The notes under the pieces are model-generated. The model worked only from the letters and a program-made list of their open reading frames with translations. It did not search any database and was not told the origin of the DNA. A stretch of DNA of 64,000 nucleotides, taken from IMG/VR virus record IMGVR_UViG_3300050821_000642, positions 1,879-65,878 of that record. The stretch is one strand, 5' to 3'. This document shows positions 9,057 through 18,214 of the stretch, one piece after another. This DNA comes from a virus. Lineage: Duplodnaviria > Caudoviricetes. Position 1 is the first letter of the stretch, and the number at the start of each line of letters is the position of its first letter. The translations under genes and the position numbers were made by a program.

Positions 9057-10466
9057 TTACTCAAGAGAGTTATCCTCGGTAATCGCTTCCATGATCTCTA
9101 GGAACTTGTTTTGCAGCGCCTCGTTGCGGCCCAACAAATTGTATATCCGCTTCTCTGCCGCAGTGCCGCCCACCATCGCAATCAACGTCCTATGAGATTG
9201 TCCGACACGGAAAGTACGGGCGTTAGCCTGTGCGAACGTCTCCAGCGAGGTCGTCGGCCCGGCCCATATAGTAGTGTTGGCGCGGGTGAGGGTTAAACTA
9301 TGCGACATGCAGCCGGGGTGAGCGCAAATGACCTTGTATTGGCGAGTTTCCTGAAACGCGTTGAAAATCTCGTTGCGCTTGCTCAAGAGAGTATCGCCGG
9401 TTATCACCGCATGATCGATTTGGTTGTCTGCCAGCATGGCGCTCAAAGCCGCTACCACGCTCTTGTAGGGCGCGAACAGCAAAACCTTCTGCGAAGCGCT
9501 ATCGATCAAATCGAGGATCAATTGCAGACGTGGGGTGTTCTCCAGATGAACCGTTTTGCCCTGACGGGTGTAAACATAACCAATGGCAATCTGCAACAAC
9601 TTGGACAGAATAGCACCGGCATTGAGAGCGTCGATTTTCTCGCTGCCGACAAGCGCCAACGCCTCCCGGCGCATGGCGTCATAGATAAAGGTCTGCTGGG
9701 GCGATAACGGCGCTTCATAGTAATTGATCACTCTCGGGGGTAACTCGACCACCTCGTCCAGACGAAACCTTACGGCTGGCTGCATCTTGGAGACGGCTAT
9801 CTCTTCGGCATGAGGCTTGGGCTTCCACGAAAACTGGCTCACCTTGATCATCAGTTGGTCGCGGAAGATGGTGAACCACTTCGGCACCGTGTTGGGGGTG
9901 ATAGCGCTGCACGGCCCCCACACATCTGTTACTGCACGAGGGATGGGCGAGCCGGTCAGGCCCCACACACGCGGCTTCGTCAGCACGTAATCACGGAACG
10001 TCTTGGTCCGCTCGCTGCGCCCGTTGCGGTAGACCGCCGCCTCGTCGGCGCACACCACATCGATATCGTGACGTGATGATAGGTGTTCGTACATCACGTT
10101 CAACCCGTCATGGTTGATGATATAGATGTCCACCTTATTGAGTAATCTTCGCTCGCGCTGAAGCTTGGTGCCATGCAGCACCACGCAAGTGAACCACGGG
10201 AACTCGCGCATGATCTCCCGCCGCCACGTGCGGGTCATCGCCGTCAGTGGGCAGATCACCAGCATCCGGTGCGCGAGGCCAGCCTTCTTGAGCGCGTCGA
10301 ACGCGAACAGGATCGAGCGCGTCTTACCAGTGCCGAACTCGTTCAGCACGTAGCCGCGCGGCTCTTCGATCAGCAGCGCCGCCGTCACTCTCTGCGCATG
10401 AAAAGCGCTAGGCGGGAACTTATAGGTTAGTGGCGAGGGCGAGTGTACGTTCATTTTGGTTCTCAA
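9057..10466 (-). CDS. SNF2-family (DExx) helicase
   Basis: NEFGTGKT, VICP, IINHD, CADEA, LTGSP, SHSLTL, QANARTFRVGQ. Confidence 0.9.
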   Translation of the reverse strand: MRTKMNVHSPSPLTYKFPPSAFHAQRVTAALLIEEPRGYVLNEFGTGKTRSILFAFDALKKAGLAHRMLVICPLTAMTRTWRREIMREFPWFTCVVLHGTKLQRERRLLNKVDIYIINHDGLNVMYEHLSSRHDIDVVCADEAAVYRNGRSERTKTFRDYVLTKPRVWGLTGSPIPRAVTDVWGPCSAITPNTVPKWFTIFRDQLMIKVSQFSWKPKPHAEEIAVSKMQPAVRFRLDEVVELPPRVINYYEAPLSPQQTFIYDAMRREALALVGSEKIDALNAGAILSKLLQIAIGYVYTRQGKTVHLENTPRLQLILDLIDSASQKVLLFAPYKSVVAALSAMLADNQIDHAVITGDTLLSKRNEIFNAFQETRQYKVICAHPGCMSHSLTLTRANTTIWAGPTTSLETFAQANARTFRVGQSHRTLIAMVGGTAAEKRIYNLLGRNEALQNKFLEIMEAITEDNSLE

Positions 10467-10794
10467 GCTGCTCCAGCCACTCCACTAACTCATGCAGAGT
10501 AACATTGTCGTCGTCAATCACGAACGTCTTGCAGTGCTGTTTCTCCCGTCGCTCGCGCAGGAAGTTGTTTTGGATAGCGGTCGCTTCGCCCTCGGGTTTC
10601 TTCGCCTCGATGAAAAATGCGATGGGTAAATTGTGAACCTCGCCATCGATCAGGAACGCTACACCCGCCACGCAATGGTAGTCCACCCCACGCGCGCCGA
10701 TCCCCATGTTTACTGGCTTGAACGCGTACACGAAGTCAAATGCTTTCAGCACTCGGTCAATGCTGCGCTTGGTCCGTCCTTCTGGCGTCGTCAT
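10420..10794 (-). CDS. VRR-NUC domain nuclease
   Basis: MTTPEGRTK...G..GVD...FFIEAKKP...T..Q pattern; adjacent to SNF2 helicase. Confidence 0.8.
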   Translation of the reverse strand: MTTPEGRTKRSIDRVLKAFDFVYAFKPVNMGIGARGVDYHCVAGVAFLIDGEVHNLPIAFFIEAKKPEGEATAIQNNFLRERREKQHCKTFVIDDDNVTLHELVEWLEQLENQNERTLALATNL

Positions 10795-10925
10795 AAAACG
10801 ACCTCGCCAAACGCAGCTTCGCAAACATCGTCCACTGTCCAATCCAACACATTCGCTGCATAGCGAATGGACGCCAAGCCTTGGCGAACACGCTCGATTA
10901 AGTCTTCAATTTCTTCTGGTGTCAT
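10791..10925 (-). CDS. Small hypothetical protein (44 aa, MTPEEIEDL...)
   Basis: ATGA overlaps at both ends fill the gap exactly; below the track cutoff. Confidence 0.55.
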   Translation of the reverse strand: MTPEEIEDLIERVRQGLASIRYAANVLDWTVDDVCEAAFGEVVL

Positions 10926-11131
10926 CGCCGCCACATCCTTCCATACTCGCTTTTCGGCAGGGCGAGCAAGTCATGCCCTGCCTCATCGAACGCGCCCTTG
11001 AGTTTCTTCACTTCGATCTTGTGGTCTTCAATGTGCATGACGATGGCAGGCACCCAATGCGGCATGAAACCCGCGCCTTCCCATCTATAGCGCAACACCT
11101 CCACAATGTCGTCTACCCTAAGCTCAGCCAC
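10922..11131 (-). CDS. Hypothetical protein
   Basis: Coupled overlaps with neighbours. Confidence 0.6.
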   Translation of the reverse strand: MAELRVDDIVEVLRYRWEGAGFMPHWVPAIVMHIEDHKIEVKKLKGAFDEAGHDLLALPKSEYGRMWRR

Positions 11132-11843
11132 GCCCCATCCTCTTGCCCCAATGCTCGCAACTCGTCACGTCGCAGTACTCCTCGCACAGCCCGCATGGCT
11201 TGGGCGGGAAGACGCCAGTACGATGCGCATCCTCCAACGCAGTCACTCGCGGGAGTAAGGCTTCAAACGCTGCCGGGGTTTCTGCTCGGGTGAATATCTC
11301 GTGGTTGGTGTCGTTGTACTCGGTCCACAGATAGTCTACCCGCATCTTGGCGATGCTCTTGTAGTGCTGAAAGATCAGGTAAGCGTTGATCAGCAGTTGG
11401 GTGCTGTCCCAGTATTTGGGTGGTCGCCCGGTCTTGTAGTCCACCACGTGGGCAAAATCTTGGTTCTCGCCTTCGGTCGGCATGAAGCGAAGATAGTCGA
11501 TCTTAGTGCGCAGCCATGTGGTCTTGTCGAAGTACCCGGTTGGCTTGCCCTGCCGGTCGGCGCTGAGCTTAAGCTCGCACTGGATAATCTGGAGCGGGTG
11601 CAAGACGCGGGTCAGCTTCTCTGCCCACCGTTCCATATAAATCAGGTGTGGAGGAAGAGGGGTCGTGCCTTGCACCCGGTTCTTCATCGCCTCGTGTAGC
11701 TCGTCGCCACGGTCCAGCGCTTCCGAACGTCCTTGTTCCACCGTCTTGTCCACGTCCACGGCTTGATAGCGCCGGGGGCATGTCTCGTAATTCTTCAGCT
11801 TGCTGAAGCTCCAAGCAAAGGGCTTAGCTATGGTCTTCAGCAT
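11124..11843 (-). CDS. PD-(D/E)XK exonuclease (Cas4/RecB-like)
   Basis: WSFSKLKNYETCPRRY, G..LHE, KID..., VVDYKTG, QL..; C-terminal Cys cluster. Confidence 0.85.
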   Translation of the reverse strand: MLKTIAKPFAWSFSKLKNYETCPRRYQAVDVDKTVEQGRSEALDRGDELHEAMKNRVQGTTPLPPHLIYMERWAEKLTRVLHPLQIIQCELKLSADRQGKPTGYFDKTTWLRTKIDYLRFMPTEGENQDFAHVVDYKTGRPPKYWDSTQLLINAYLIFQHYKSIAKMRVDYLWTEYNDTNHEIFTRAETPAAFEALLPRVTALEDAHRTGVFPPKPCGLCEEYCDVTSCEHWGKRMGRG

Positions 11844-12048
11844 CGCTTGGCTCTCCCTTCGGTTCTTGGTCTAGGTCGTCCGTCTTGCGGTTGGGCGTGC
11901 TGCTGCGCCATATCTCCATCGCCCGTAGTCTTGTGGCAAAGGGACCAGTGCGCCCGTACGGCTCTTCGTTCAGCTTGTCGTAGTCCAGTATCCACCAGCC
12001 CGTGTTAGTCTGATCCAAGTTGTCTTCGATGTATTCGATCTTGGTCAT
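11824..12048 (-). CDS. Hypothetical protein
   Basis: ATG directly after a junction palindrome. Confidence 0.6.
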   Translation of the reverse strand: MTKIEYIEDNLDQTNTGWWILDYDKLNEEPYGRTGPFATRLRAMEIWRSSTPNRKTDDLDQEPKGEPSDAEDHS

Positions 12049-12062
12049 GTTACTCTCTTGAG

Positions 12063-12308
12063 TTAAGACTTCAACTTCGGGTCCACATGCACCACCGTAT
12101 CGGAGCCGATACCCTTCTCCACCAGCTTGGCAAGATGCGCCTCTGTTTCGCCAGAGAACAGCAGCACATCAATCGGCAAATTCATGGTCTTGCCATCGAT
12201 CTTGATGAACGTGTCACCCGGTTCAGCCCTAAATCTGTCGAGGTTCTTAAAGCTCAGTCCAAGCATAAGCGTTGGCCTGCCGTGTAGGGTAGCGGTTGCT
12301 TTAAGCAT
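12063..12308 (-). CDS. Hypothetical protein
   Basis: Bounded on both sides by identical TTACTCTCTTGAGTTA sites. Confidence 0.65.
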   Translation of the reverse strand: MLKATATLHGRPTLMLGLSFKNLDRFRAEPGDTFIKIDGKTMNLPIDVLLFSGETEAHLAKLVEKGIGSDTVVHVDPKLKS

Positions 12309-12322
12309 GTTACTCTCTTGAG

Positions 12323-12736
12323 TTAGGACAGGAGCAACCTAAATTGCGTGACCAGCAGGTCGCTTGGAAACAGGTCGATGTTCTCTTTGACCACGCCCTC
12401 CCTACCAGAAAAGCAGAAGAACACATATACCGTTTCGGCATGGATGTGGCAGGCAACAAAGTCGCCCAACTTAACTTTCATCTCGGCGCGGATGCCGCCC
12501 ATGCGCTTGAGGAACAACTCGCGGGCGCGGTCAGCCAACGGCGGCGGTCTATTCGGCTCCGCTGTCGCCGTGCCGTTCATGATTGCGTACATCTGATCTT
12601 TGGAGATGTTCTGCGCCTGCTGCGCCTGCTGCATCGCATTCGGTAGCTGCGCCGTCAGCATGTCTTCGTGGATGTTGACCATCTTCCACAGGTCGGGCGC
12701 TACGCCAAGCGCGCTCAGCGGTAGGTTGCTCGCCAC
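12323..12736 (-). CDS. Hypothetical protein
   Basis: GTG 12736 after AAGGGAG; stop TAA lies inside a palindrome. Confidence 0.6.
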   Translation of the reverse strand: MASNLPLSALGVAPDLWKMVNIHEDMLTAQLPNAMQQAQQAQNISKDQMYAIMNGTATAEPNRPPPLADRARELFLKRMGGIRAEMKVKLGDFVACHIHAETVYVFFCFSGREGVVKENIDLFPSDLLVTQFRLLLS

Positions 12737-12737
12737 C

Positions 12738-13055
12738 TCATTCACTCCCTTGAGTGAGCTTTGCTTCGATAAGCATTTTCGCCACGTGCTTGGAGCTAGG
12801 AGGGATGCTATAACGCCCACGGCCATTGTTAATCACCCACACCTTGCGCGGCTCCAGCTTGGCGCGCAGCTTATAGATCATTTGCCGGATCGAAGCGCGC
12901 ACCACAGGTAGCTCTTCCTTGCCCACCCAGCCCTTGGTGGACAGCATGGCTTGAAGGAACTTGGCTTCCAGCGGCCCCAGCGTGAAGACGTGTATGAGCG
13001 TCTTCTCGTCGCAAGGGACACTGATGTCCGGTTCCTCAGTCACGAAGTTTAGCAT
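12738..13055 (-). CDS. Stand-alone OmpR/PhoB-type winged-HTH protein
   Basis: LGPLEAKFL..L...IRQMIYKLRAKL....INNGRGRYSI resembles Trans_reg_C; no receiver domain. Confidence 0.65.
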   Translation of the reverse strand: MLNFVTEEPDISVPCDEKTLIHVFTLGPLEAKFLQAMLSTKGWVGKEELPVVRASIRQMIYKLRAKLEPRKVWVINNGRGRYSIPPSSKHVAKMLIEAKLTQGSE

Positions 13056-13091
13056 CTCACTTACCCACCTCAGTGTTGCGCGAAAGACACG

Positions 13092-13120
13092 AAACTAACA
13101 CAAGTGTCAACGGTTGTCAA
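13092..13120 (-). promoter_or_regulatory. Sigma70-type promoter with tandem TTGACA
   Basis: Minus strand reads TTGACA-accg-TTGACA-cttgtgt-TAGTTT (17-nt spacer from the first TTGACA). Confidence 0.6.
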
Positions 13121-13148
13121 TACTCGTGTAGGTTGTATTTCACTCAAC

Positions 13149-15029
13149 CTATGGTTTCCATTCCTCCATTTCACCGTAGTTGCGGCCCATCTTCACTTCG
13201 GCAGCGAGGGGGAGGGTCAGGCACCATTGCTCATTGCGCCGCATTTCCTCCAGCGCGATCTCAGCCAGCGGGATTGCATGCTCGTCAGGCACACAGTGAA
13301 CGTTCTCGTCGTGGACGTTCAGCAGCACCCGCCCGTCGATGCCTAGCTCGCGCGCCCGCTGCTCAGTGCGCAGCCCGGCCTCCACCACATGCTGCCGGTC
13401 GAGCGCCTGCGTCACGTTCTCCAGCAACTTTGCGCCATAAATCTTACGCTTGAATTGCGCCGCCTGATACCAGTAGTCGTTGTCTTCCAACCGCAAATTG
13501 TCGTAGAACAACTTCAGGCCGCTCGGCAAAATGATAGTTGTGCCTTCGACATGGCACGGCCCGACGCCCCAGCCATCGCCGTAGCCATTGACGATGGCGT
13601 GGATCAAATTACCCAAGTCCTGCCAGCAGCGCCAGATAGCGGTGTAGGTGGAGCGGTAGGTCTGCACCCACGTCTGGCAATCCTCTAGTGTGATCTCGAT
13701 ATCGATCTTCTGCTCACGCGCATCGTTGGTGATGGTGCGGTACAGCTTTGCCGCGCTCATGCCGAACCCAAGCCCAAGGATGCAGGTCTTGCCAACGAAC
13801 CGTTGCTTCTTACTCACGCGGGTAACCAGCACCGAATAGATGATCGAGGCGAACGCCTTGTAGGTATCCCCGCCCTGCCGGAATATCTCCAGCAAGTCCT
13901 CCTGCCCCGCCAGCCACGCCACAATGCGGGCCTCGATCTGCGAGGCGTCCACAGCGACGATAGTGTAACCGGGCGGCGCTTCAATCGCCCTGCGTATCTC
14001 CTTGTTCTTGCGTGCCGACAAGTTCTGTAGGTTCAGCAGCCAGTCGCCACTGTAGCGATGCGTGTGCGCGCCGCCGTACTTGAGCGGCACCGGCAGCAAG
14101 GGTTCTTTCAGGAACCCATTGGTGCATAGCCCAATGTTGATCAGTCGGGTCGAGCGCGTCTCTTCGATGGTTGACTTGATCCCTAAGCGCGCCGCCACCA
14201 GCGCCTGCACCTCCTCGTCATCATGCACCAACAGGTCGGTGAACGCAAGGTCGGTCTTGGCGAACGCATAGGTCGTCTTGCCGGTAGTGGGCGATACCTT
14301 CAATGGCGGATCGACGCCGCGCTCCAGCAGCAGTTCAGCGAACTTGGGGTTGCTCATCAGCAGGCCGGGGTCGGTCAAGGTAACCCGCGAGAGTAAGTCC
14401 CGCTTGCGCTGCCGCACGTCGCGGCGGTAGTCGTCCAGTATCGGCATATTGACGTAGAACACGGGTTGGGTCGCCATCCTAATAACCCGGTCCATCACAT
14501 ACGCCTCTTGCGCCGGGAAGTCTTTGCGCAGCCGGAAGAATATCTCGCGGCACCCCTCCACGTCATTGAGCGCGTAGCCGGTGAAGCCCATCATCAGGCC
14601 GGGGTCAGCCTCCAAGTCCTTCCAGTGCTTGCCCTGCATCTGAAGGATGAAGTCCGTCTTCTCGGGTAAGCCCATGACCTTCAGCACGTTCTTCAGCGAC
14701 AACCTGCCGTTGGGGATGCCATGCCAAATCGTCGCCCGCGCCATGCTGAGCGTACAGAACAGGACGGCGGGATGAATGTGGTAGTGGTACGCAAGGATGC
14801 ACGCATCGAACAGGGCGTTGTGCGAGATGAAGGCGTACGGTTGCTTGATGCTGCGCAGGTAGCGAGCCACCTCGTCCTTCGGCAGGAGGAAGGGAGTTTC
14901 ATGCTCGACCGCGATGGCGCAGCACAACGTCTCCCAGCGCGCGTTGAGGATGTACTCCACAGGGCTTAGATATTTTAGCGAGTACGTCTTGTCGTAATAG
15001 GTTTCAAAGTCGCCAAAGATGCGCAGCAT
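13149..15029 (-). CDS. polA: DNA polymerase, family A, with 3'-5' exonuclease
   Basis: Exo motifs DFETYY and HNALFD; motif A VDASQIEAR, motif B RFVGKTCILGLGFG, motif C NVHDE. Confidence 0.93.
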   Translation of the reverse strand: MLRIFGDFETYYDKTYSLKYLSPVEYILNARWETLCCAIAVEHETPFLLPKDEVARYLRSIKQPYAFISHNALFDACILAYHYHIHPAVLFCTLSMARATIWHGIPNGRLSLKNVLKVMGLPEKTDFILQMQGKHWKDLEADPGLMMGFTGYALNDVEGCREIFFRLRKDFPAQEAYVMDRVIRMATQPVFYVNMPILDDYRRDVRQRKRDLLSRVTLTDPGLLMSNPKFAELLLERGVDPPLKVSPTTGKTTYAFAKTDLAFTDLLVHDDEEVQALVAARLGIKSTIEETRSTRLINIGLCTNGFLKEPLLPVPLKYGGAHTHRYSGDWLLNLQNLSARKNKEIRRAIEAPPGYTIVAVDASQIEARIVAWLAGQEDLLEIFRQGGDTYKAFASIIYSVLVTRVSKKQRFVGKTCILGLGFGMSAAKLYRTITNDAREQKIDIEITLEDCQTWVQTYRSTYTAIWRCWQDLGNLIHAIVNGYGDGWGVGPCHVEGTTIILPSGLKLFYDNLRLEDNDYWYQAAQFKRKIYGAKLLENVTQALDRQHVVEAGLRTEQRARELGIDGRVLLNVHDENVHCVPDEHAIPLAEIALEEMRRNEQWCLTLPLAAEVKMGRNYGEMEEWKP

Positions 15030-15125
15030 ATTACCCTCGTGAGTAAGCTAACCACAACACCCACAGCATCCCCGCCACGTTCGCCGCCATGAGTATAATG
15101 GCGAGGCGCATGAGGGTGCGTGGGG

Positions 15126-15416
15126 TCAATGCTTGGTTGGCCCCTTGGCGACGGACGGCTCACCAGTTGATCCATTAATGACTTCGACGCCAATCTCTAC
15201 ACCCTCAAGCTCGGCGGTTGTCCGCACCACGTTGGCGAGGTACTGCGCCTTACCTTCGTTGTCCAGCTTGGCCATGATGATGGCGCTGATCTTCACGGCG
15301 GCATGCACCATGTGGTTGAACGCCTTCTGGCTATGCTTGCGTTTGCCATACCTAAGCTCAAACGCATGGACGAACGCGCACGAGGGGCAAATCTCATGGT
15401 GTTTACGCTTTTTCAT
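15126..15416 (-). CDS. Hypothetical protein (CxxC)
   Basis: ATGA overlap with the upstream small gene. Confidence 0.55.
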   Translation of the reverse strand: MKKRKHHEICPSCAFVHAFELRYGKRKHSQKAFNHMVHAAVKISAIIMAKLDNEGKAQYLANVVRTTAELEGVEIGVEVINGSTGEPSVAKGPTKH

Positions 15417-15589
15417 TTCATGCTCCGCAGGTTCGTTAGCGTGTGCTGGTGGTAGTCCTCAAGCTTCTCCATGCCGTAAGCCATCCCAGCCTTGTAACCT
15501 CTGACGTAGCCCACACCGTAGGCGACACAACCACAGATGAACAGCACCACGCCGAGAAGGAAGTACGGTGGGCTGAAATACTGCATCAT
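15413..15589 (-). CDS. Small membrane protein (58 aa, MMQYFSPPYFLLGVVLF...)
   Basis: One TM helix; overlaps with both neighbours; below the track cutoff. Confidence 0.55.
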   Translation of the reverse strand: MMQYFSPPYFLLGVVLFICGCVAYGVGYVRGYKAGMAYGMEKLEDYHQHTLTNLRSMK

Positions 15590-15876
15590 CTTTCGCCCCT
15601 GAACATCTTGGCCACGCTCTTACTCACCGGGGTAACCACGTGGTCGTCCACGTACTCCACCAGCTTCAGGCGTTGGGCGATCTGCCCAAGTTGAAACTCC
15701 CACTTGTGCCGGTTCCAAAACCCACGGCAGCACGCATCCTTGGAGTGATGGCACACACGATAGCCGGAGAAGCCGCCATGTGGGTCGCGTACGCGCGCTT
15801 CCAACGCTTTCACGTTGAGCGGACTGTCGTCGCGATAGACACAGGTGGCGCATGCCTTACGTTGCACTCTCAACAT
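15586..15876 (-). CDS. Cys/His-rich putative Zn-binding protein
   Basis: CATCVYR...CHH...CCRGF; GGAG RBS before ATG 15876. Confidence 0.6.
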   Translation of the reverse strand: MLRVQRKACATCVYRDDSPLNVKALEARVRDPHGGFSGYRVCHHSKDACCRGFWNRHKWEFQLGQIAQRLKLVEYVDDHVVTPVSKSVAKMFRGER

Positions 15877-15999
15877 GGATGCGTCTCCATACAATAATTT
15901 CCACGTAACCGCTACGCTCCCATACAGCATCGCGGTAGCCCATTGGCTCAATACAAAAGCGCCAGCTTTGGTCAGTCTCGACCACAAAGGTTTTAACCT

Positions 16000-16452
16000 C
16001 TACTTTGGGCCAGCCTCGGCAATGGCGCTCGGGGGCAAGTAGCGGTCGGTCAGTCTCCACGTGCCGTCCCCCATCCGTTCGACAACGCCCTTCACCTCTA
16101 GCTTCTGCAACCGCGAACCGACTGAGTTTGCGGAGAAGCCGCCCCTCTTAAGCAAGGGCTTAAAATCGGTCGCAGGCCGCGCCATACCATGCGCCAACGC
16201 TTCCAGTATGATCCGATTGATCCCCTTGGTCAAGTCCATTGGGATGGATGGCTCACGCTTGTATTGTTTGGGCTTAGCCTTGGGTGCATCCAAGTGCCTG
16301 ACCAACTGCTGCGCCAGCACGCGCGTGGGCCGTGGCGTCGGCGTGGGTGGTGCTACTTCTTCCACCGTCACGTGGTCTATCGGCAGCAGCTTAGCCATCA
16401 TAGCGAACAGCACCTCGGCCTCACCGACAAACCCAATCTTGTACTTGCTCAC
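16000..16452 (-). CDS. Protein with C-terminal winged HTH
   Basis: IILEAL...GFSANSVGSRLQKLEVKGVVERMGDGTWRL. Confidence 0.7.
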   Translation of the reverse strand: MSKYKIGFVGEAEVLFAMMAKLLPIDHVTVEEVAPPTPTPRPTRVLAQQLVRHLDAPKAKPKQYKREPSIPMDLTKGINRIILEALAHGMARPATDFKPLLKRGGFSANSVGSRLQKLEVKGVVERMGDGTWRLTDRYLPPSAIAEAGPK

Positions 16453-16467
16453 TGTTACTCTCCTGAG

Positions 16468-16800
16468 TTACTTCGCTCTCCGCTTGTACTTGCTCATCTG
16501 CACCACGTGCCGAACTGAGGTCTTGATCGGCAAGGGCATGGGCGGTATGAATTTGACCGCCTCGCCATTCGGCACGAAGCCAAGCTTGTAGCCCAGCGCC
16601 CGCGCAACCGCGTTGATAGTTGCGGCTTGCGGCTTCTTTGTCTTGCCGCCGAACCAAGCATAGAGCGTCGTAGTCGTGACGCCGGAATGCTCCTCGATCC
16701 ACTTATAAGATGCGCCACTATCGCCCACCATCGTGCGCACTTCGTCAATGATCGGGTCTTTATCTTGAAAAGAATAGCTCTTGTAGGTGAACCCTGCCAA
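16468..16800 (-). CDS. XRE/Cro-like HTH regulator
   Basis: SYKWIEEHSGVTTTTLYAWFGGKTKKPQAATINAVARALG; flanked by two identical TTACTCTCCTGAGTTA sites. Confidence 0.8.
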   Translation of the reverse strand: MAGFTYKSYSFQDKDPIIDEVRTMVGDSGASYKWIEEHSGVTTTTLYAWFGGKTKKPQAATINAVARALGYKLGFVPNGEAVKFIPPMPLPIKTSVRHVVQMSKYKRRAK

Positions 16801-16814
16801 CTTACTCTCCTGAG

Positions 16815-17639
16815 TTAGAGTCTGTGACGGCGGTTGCCCGTCTTGTAAGTGCTAAGCATGTCGCTGCCGTCCTGTCGCGTGATCGCCAGCTTCTCTTCAA
16901 ACCAATCGGAGATGCACTCGTCCATGTGTTCAGCCAACCATGCCGGGGCTAGGTTGGTCGCCCGGTCGATGCTCAACGGTGCGCGGGTCAGACTGTCGTT
17001 GGACATTGCCGCTTCCAGCATCCGGTATTGTCCGAACAGGCGCTTGCCGGATTGACACACCCGGTTAAGCTCGATGCTCAGACGCGGGAAAGTCTTGGGT
17101 GACGTGCGTCGTTGGATGGCGCGCACCTCGCGCTCGATCTGCTCACGCTCCTGTTTGCGGGTCGGCAAAAACTCCATGTTGGCTAGGCTGAAGTCCAACA
17201 TGATCTCGCGCAGCCACGGGAACAGGAAGCCCAGCACATGCGGATCAGGCACTGCGCCCTTGAACTTCTCCCACGTCTTGGTCAGCATCTCCCACTCACG
17301 CGCGACGTTGAGCGACATTGCCAACGCTTGCCCCAACGCACTCTCCTGAGTAACATCGAGATCGTACTTCGGCATTAGGAACACGGGATACTTTTCAGTC
17401 GGGTCCAGCCGCAACGATGCCATCAAGGGTTGCCTGTTGATGCTGATGGTGATGCGGCGGTTGAGCGACGATGACGGCAGGTACTTGCCTGCCTCTTTGA
17501 ATGCCGCCACTACATGCGGCTCACCCACTAAGCCCTCATAGATTTCGTCGGTCGATAGGGTGACCGGCATGTGCCGAAGAACGAAGTCTGCGGCTGCGTT
17601 CAGTTTATTGTCGATCAGGGCGGTTAGGGCGGCATGCAT
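16815..17639 (-). CDS. Hypothetical protein
   Basis: 274-aa ORF between two junction palindromes. Confidence 0.7.
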   Translation of the reverse strand: MHAALTALIDNKLNAAADFVLRHMPVTLSTDEIYEGLVGEPHVVAAFKEAGKYLPSSSLNRRITISINRQPLMASLRLDPTEKYPVFLMPKYDLDVTQESALGQALAMSLNVAREWEMLTKTWEKFKGAVPDPHVLGFLFPWLREIMLDFSLANMEFLPTRKQEREQIEREVRAIQRRTSPKTFPRLSIELNRVCQSGKRLFGQYRMLEAAMSNDSLTRAPLSIDRATNLAPAWLAEHMDECISDWFEEKLAITRQDGSDMLSTYKTGNRRHRL

Positions 17640-17831
17640 CTTACTCTCTTGGGTTAGGGGGGAACAAGTATAAAGACGACGGTTTACGTAGTTTCACGGG
17701 GTTGGATACCCACCTGCCAAAGACCCGAACCACGTCTTGAAGGCTCCACGTTGCCCAGCAGTGAAGCACACTGGGTCGCTACCTAGCCGGTGCCGTCGCG
17801 CCCGCTGCCGACCAGAGTTCCTTGGCAGGAG

Positions 17832-17996
17832 CTATGGATTGTCTAGGATGGCTACGACCGCGTCGAACTGTTCGACGGACATAGCCTCCTTAATGACTTC
17901 AGCAATGGCCTCGGCGGTGAGTTCTTGCAACGCCTTGACAGCGATCTCCTTGGTCTGCTCTTCGGTCAACGCACCAAAGTCAATCTTGGTTGGCAT
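17832..17996 (-). CDS. Small acidic helical protein (54 aa, MPTKIDFGAL...)
   Basis: ATG right after the palindrome/RBS at 17998-18013; below the track cutoff. Confidence 0.6.
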   Translation of the reverse strand: MPTKIDFGALTEEQTKEIAVKALQELTAEAIAEVIKEAMSVEQFDAVVAILDNP

Positions 17997-18010
17997 CTTA
18001 CTCTCCTGAG

Positions 18011-18214
18011 TTAGTCATCGGTAAATGCATCCATGCGGTGCATGTGAAGCTCGTCCTCAAGGCGTTTGATCCGCACTTCAAGGTCGCGCGCCGTTGGCGT
18101 CATGCCCTTGATCATTTTGACGCCATGCTCGATCTTGATCGCTTCGGTGCGCATGGTTTGGTCGTGTTGACCACGCAACGCCTTAAGCGCCTCGATCTTC
18201 TGTTCTAACGTCAT
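18011..18214 (-). CDS. Small coiled-coil protein
   Basis: GAGGAAGG RBS, ATGA overlap; stop inside a palindrome. Confidence 0.6.
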   Translation of the reverse strand: MTLEQKIEALKALRGQHDQTMRTEAIKIEHGVKMIKGMTPTARDLEVRIKRLEDELHMHRMDAFTDD

